DNA of 38,924 nucleotides from an uncultured Hyphomonas sp. (GTDB lineage: Bacteria; Pseudomonadota; Alphaproteobacteria; Caulobacterales; Hyphomonadaceae): the NCBI GenBank assembly GCA_964643565.1, contig CAZXTI010000001.1, positions 1-38,924 of the forward strand, read 5' to 3'. A program made the position numbers and the translations under genes. Positions 36,152 to 38,924 of this stretch are shown here, piece by piece (the first letter of the stretch is position 1; every line of letters starts with the position of its first letter). The notes below the pieces were generated by a model. It was not told the DNA's origin. It saw nothing but the letters and a program-made list of their open reading frames with translations, and made no database searches.

Positions 36152-38924
36152 TATGATCAAACGTGAATGGGTTTTAGGCATTGCGCTAGCAGCATGTCTT
36201 GGATTGGCTGCTTGCGGCGGCACGGGTTCAGGTGACAAAAACGAAGACGCCGAGACGCCTGCAACCGCCAGCCAGACACAAGAGAAACAAAGCTTCTCCA
36301 TTCCCTTTGAATCCTTCACGCTGGACAATGGCCTCTCTGTCGTTCTGCATGTGGACCGCTCCAATCCTCTGGTTGCAATCAATATTGCCGCCCATGTCGG
36401 CTCCGCCCGCGAACTGCCGGGGCGCACCGGCTTTGCGCATTTGTTCGAGCATCTCCTTTTCCTCGACTCAGAGAACCTTGGCTATAAAGGCCTGGACGAG
36501 CTGAACACCCGTATCGGCGGGGAGGGGACCAACGGGTTTACCACCAATGATATGACGCAATATTTTCAGGCTGTTCCTGCCGATGCTTTGGAAAAAGTGA
36601 TCTGGGCTGAAGCCGACAAGCTTGGCTATTTCATCAACACGGTAACCCAGCCCGTCATTGATAATGAAAAGCAGGTGGTCAAAAACGAAAAACGCCAGCG
36701 CGTCGATAACCAACCCTATGGCCATCGTTTCTTTATCGTCGGCAAAGCGCTCTATCCCGAAGACCACCCCTATAATTGGCAGGTGATTGGCTCATTGGCC
36801 GATCTTGATGCCGCCACTTTGCAAGACGTGAAAGATTTCTACCGGCGTTGGTATGTGCCCAATAATGTGACGCTCACCATTACGGGCGACTTCGAGATGA
36901 GCGAGACCAAGCGCCTTGTTGAAAAATACTTTGCCGAGATCCCGCGCGGCGAAGAGATTGCCCCGTTCCAAGCGCGCCCGGCTCAACTGACCGAAACAAA
37001 AACGCTCTTCCATGAGGATAATTTCGCTACTGTGCCAGAGCTTGCAATGGTTTGGCCAACCGTGCCGGAATACCACGCCGACCGCTATGCGCTCGAAGTG
37101 CTCGCAGAATATCTGAGCAGCGGAAAGCGTGCACCGCTCAATGAAGTGCTGATTGATGAAACCAAGCTTACCTCGGCCGTCTCGACCTTCCATTTCGGCA
37201 AGGAGTTGGCCGGGGAGTTCTATCTCATTCTTGATGGTAAGGCGGATGCCGATCTCGACCTACTTCCACCTGCAATCAACACAGCGCTCTCCCGGTTCGA
37301 GACGAACGGAATTTCGGAAGCTGACCTAGCTCGCATCAAGGCGGGCCTAGAGGTAAGCTTCTACCAACAAATTCAAAGCGCGCTTGGCAAAGCCATTCAG
37401 CTTAGCGGCTATGACATTTTCACAGGCGACCCTGGCTATCTAACAAAGGATATTCAGGGTGCGGAAAATGTAACTACCGAAGATGTTATGCGCGTCTATA
37501 ATACATATATAAAAGACAAGCCGCATGTGATCACAAATTTCGTCCCGAAAGGGCAGCCGGAACTTGCGCTTGAAGGGGCTGTGCGCGCCAATATCGTCGA
37601 AGAGAAGGTGGTGCAGGGGGCTGAAAGCACTGCTGCGTTCGACCCGACCGCGCGAAATTTTGACCGCACAGCTTCAAGCTTTGATCGCACAATCGAGCCG
37701 CCCTTTGGCGCGGGCTATACATTGCCAGCGCCCGACATCTGGCGCGCGACGCTTTCAAACGGCATCGAGGTGTTCGGTGTCGAAGATAGTGAAACGCCGC
37801 TGGTCAATATTGCCCTTACCATAGACGCCGGGCGCGGGCGGGCTGACCCTGCAAAGCCAGCCATTCCCTCACTCACCGCCAGTCTGCTGCAACGCGGCAC
37901 CGCGAACAAAACCCCGGCAGAACTGGAAGATGCGATCAAGTCACTCGGCTCGACGATCTCCATCGGCGCGGGAACCGATCAGGTCTTCGTAACGGCAACC
38001 ACGCTGAAGCGAAATTTTCAGGCGACGGTCGATCTGATTGAGGAAATGCTGACTGAGCCGCGCTGGGATGCAGAAGAATTTGATATTCTCAAACGCCGCC
38101 GCCTCGATCAAATCGATGCAAGCGCGGGTGACCCGAATGCAATTGCTGGGCGCGAGCTTGCCAAGCTTTCCTACCCGGAAGGACACGTCTTAAGTTTCAC
38201 CGCGCTTGGTACACGTCCGCTACTTGAGACCGTGACGCTCGATGATGTCAAAGCCTTCCATGGTTCAACCTATTCGCCTGCGGGTGCAGCCTTACGCGTC
38301 GTTGGCGATATTGATGCGGCTGGCGTGCGTAGCGCTTTTACCGGGCTTGGTGAAATATGGACCACGCCTGCGCCTCCCCCCGTTTCCCTTGCGCCAGCAA
38401 ATCCGGTGGAGGCGTCTAAACTTTATTTCTATGATGTGCCGGGTTCCAAACAATCCGTGCTCAGAATAACAAGGCCATCCCTGACCGCGACGGACGAAGA
38501 CTATGCGCTTGCAGAAGCGGTCAACCTATTGCTCGGAAATGTCTACACCTCAGACCTCAACACCCAGCTGCGCATCGACAATGGCTACACTTATGGCATT
38601 GGTTCATTCTTTTCCGGCCAGAAAACACGCGGCGCATTTAGCGTCTTTTCCAGTGTGCGCTCAAACGTGACTTATGAAGCTCTCGTGCTTATTCGCGACA
38701 TTCTAAAAAATTACGGACCAGAGTTTACGCAAGACAAACTCGCCACAATGAAAAGCGCGATCCTGAAAGGGCAGGCCCTTGAAGGTGAGACGTCCGGGGC
38801 GAAACTCGGTGCGCTCGGCAATATTAGTCAGTTTGGTTATCCAGACAATTATCAAGCCCGCGACGCGGCCCGCATCGAAGCGCTCACCCTCGATGGGTTT
38901 AAAGATGTTGCTGACAAATATATC
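36152..38924 (+). CDS. M16 (insulinase/pitrilysin) family zinc peptidase, two-unit type. The 3' end is outside the window and the 5' signal-peptide region is apparently frameshifted.
   Basis: One frame is open from 36177 to the window end (916 codons) and carries the inverted zinc motif HLFEH. ATG 36152 with its RBS lies in a different frame and stops after 27 codons. Deleting one T of TTT 36180-36182 joins the two into MIKREWVLGIALAACLGLAACGG, a lipoprotein signal peptide. Confidence 0.8.

Noticed and set aside
1-38924. Search for tRNA, rRNA, tmRNA, CRISPR arrays, IS/transposase genes, integrases and phage genes.
   Set aside because: I saw no T-arm-like GGTTCGAATCC contexts outside coding sequence, no spaced direct-repeat arrays, and no transposase or integrase-like ORFs. 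Intergenic space is small and explained by promoters and terminators. This was an eye scan only and not exhaustive.

Overview
This window reads as the origin-proximal core of an alphaproteobacterial chromosome. The gene order matches the Caulobacter crescentus origin region. A marine Caulobacterales/Hyphomonadaceae-type genome with mid-50s %GC is my guess only. I support about 45 protein genes. I found no rRNA, tRNA, IS element or CRISPR array. Left part: a Tim44-like fragment, mltA, smr, TraB/GumN, hslV-[membrane protein]-hslU, several small membrane proteins and lipoproteins, an HxlR/HCCA-isomerase-like divergent pair, a lower-GC islet of three orphan genes, a VOC protein, an orphan CYP153-type P450, DUF2244 and nth. 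Middle part: a four-gene cassette (fatty acyl-AMP ligase, NAD-dependent reductase, ACP, serine-palmitoyltransferase-like), which is the Caulobacter-type sphingolipid core. DUF3052 follows, then dnaQ-coaE-aroE-maf-DUF299 on the minus strand. The 327-bp gap 22210-22536 between DUF299 and hemE carries DnaA-box-like 9-mers, a CtrA-type TTAA-N7-TTAA box and an AT-rich tract, so I call it oriC. Right part: hemE, hemJ, rho, a small beta-barrel OMP, mnmE-mnmG-rsmG-parA-parB, then holA-lptE-leuS on the minus strand and a large M16 peptidase that runs off the window. Signals not explained by ordinary annotation: (1) an exact 19-nt copy of the origin's CtrA-type box inside mnmE; (2) two perfect 16-bp parS palindromes inside mnmG and rsmG, plus two degenerate copies; (3) three TTAA motifs phased at 11 bp upstream of a Cys-rich lipoprotein gene; (4) an apparent 1-nt frameshift splitting the lipoprotein signal peptide of the M16 peptidase; (5) a membrane-protein gene inserted between hslV and hslU; (6) a lower-GC three-gene orphan islet. 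I could not support a clear new multi-gene system (defence, secretion or mobile) from sequence alone. All family assignments come from motif recognition by eye, with no database search.
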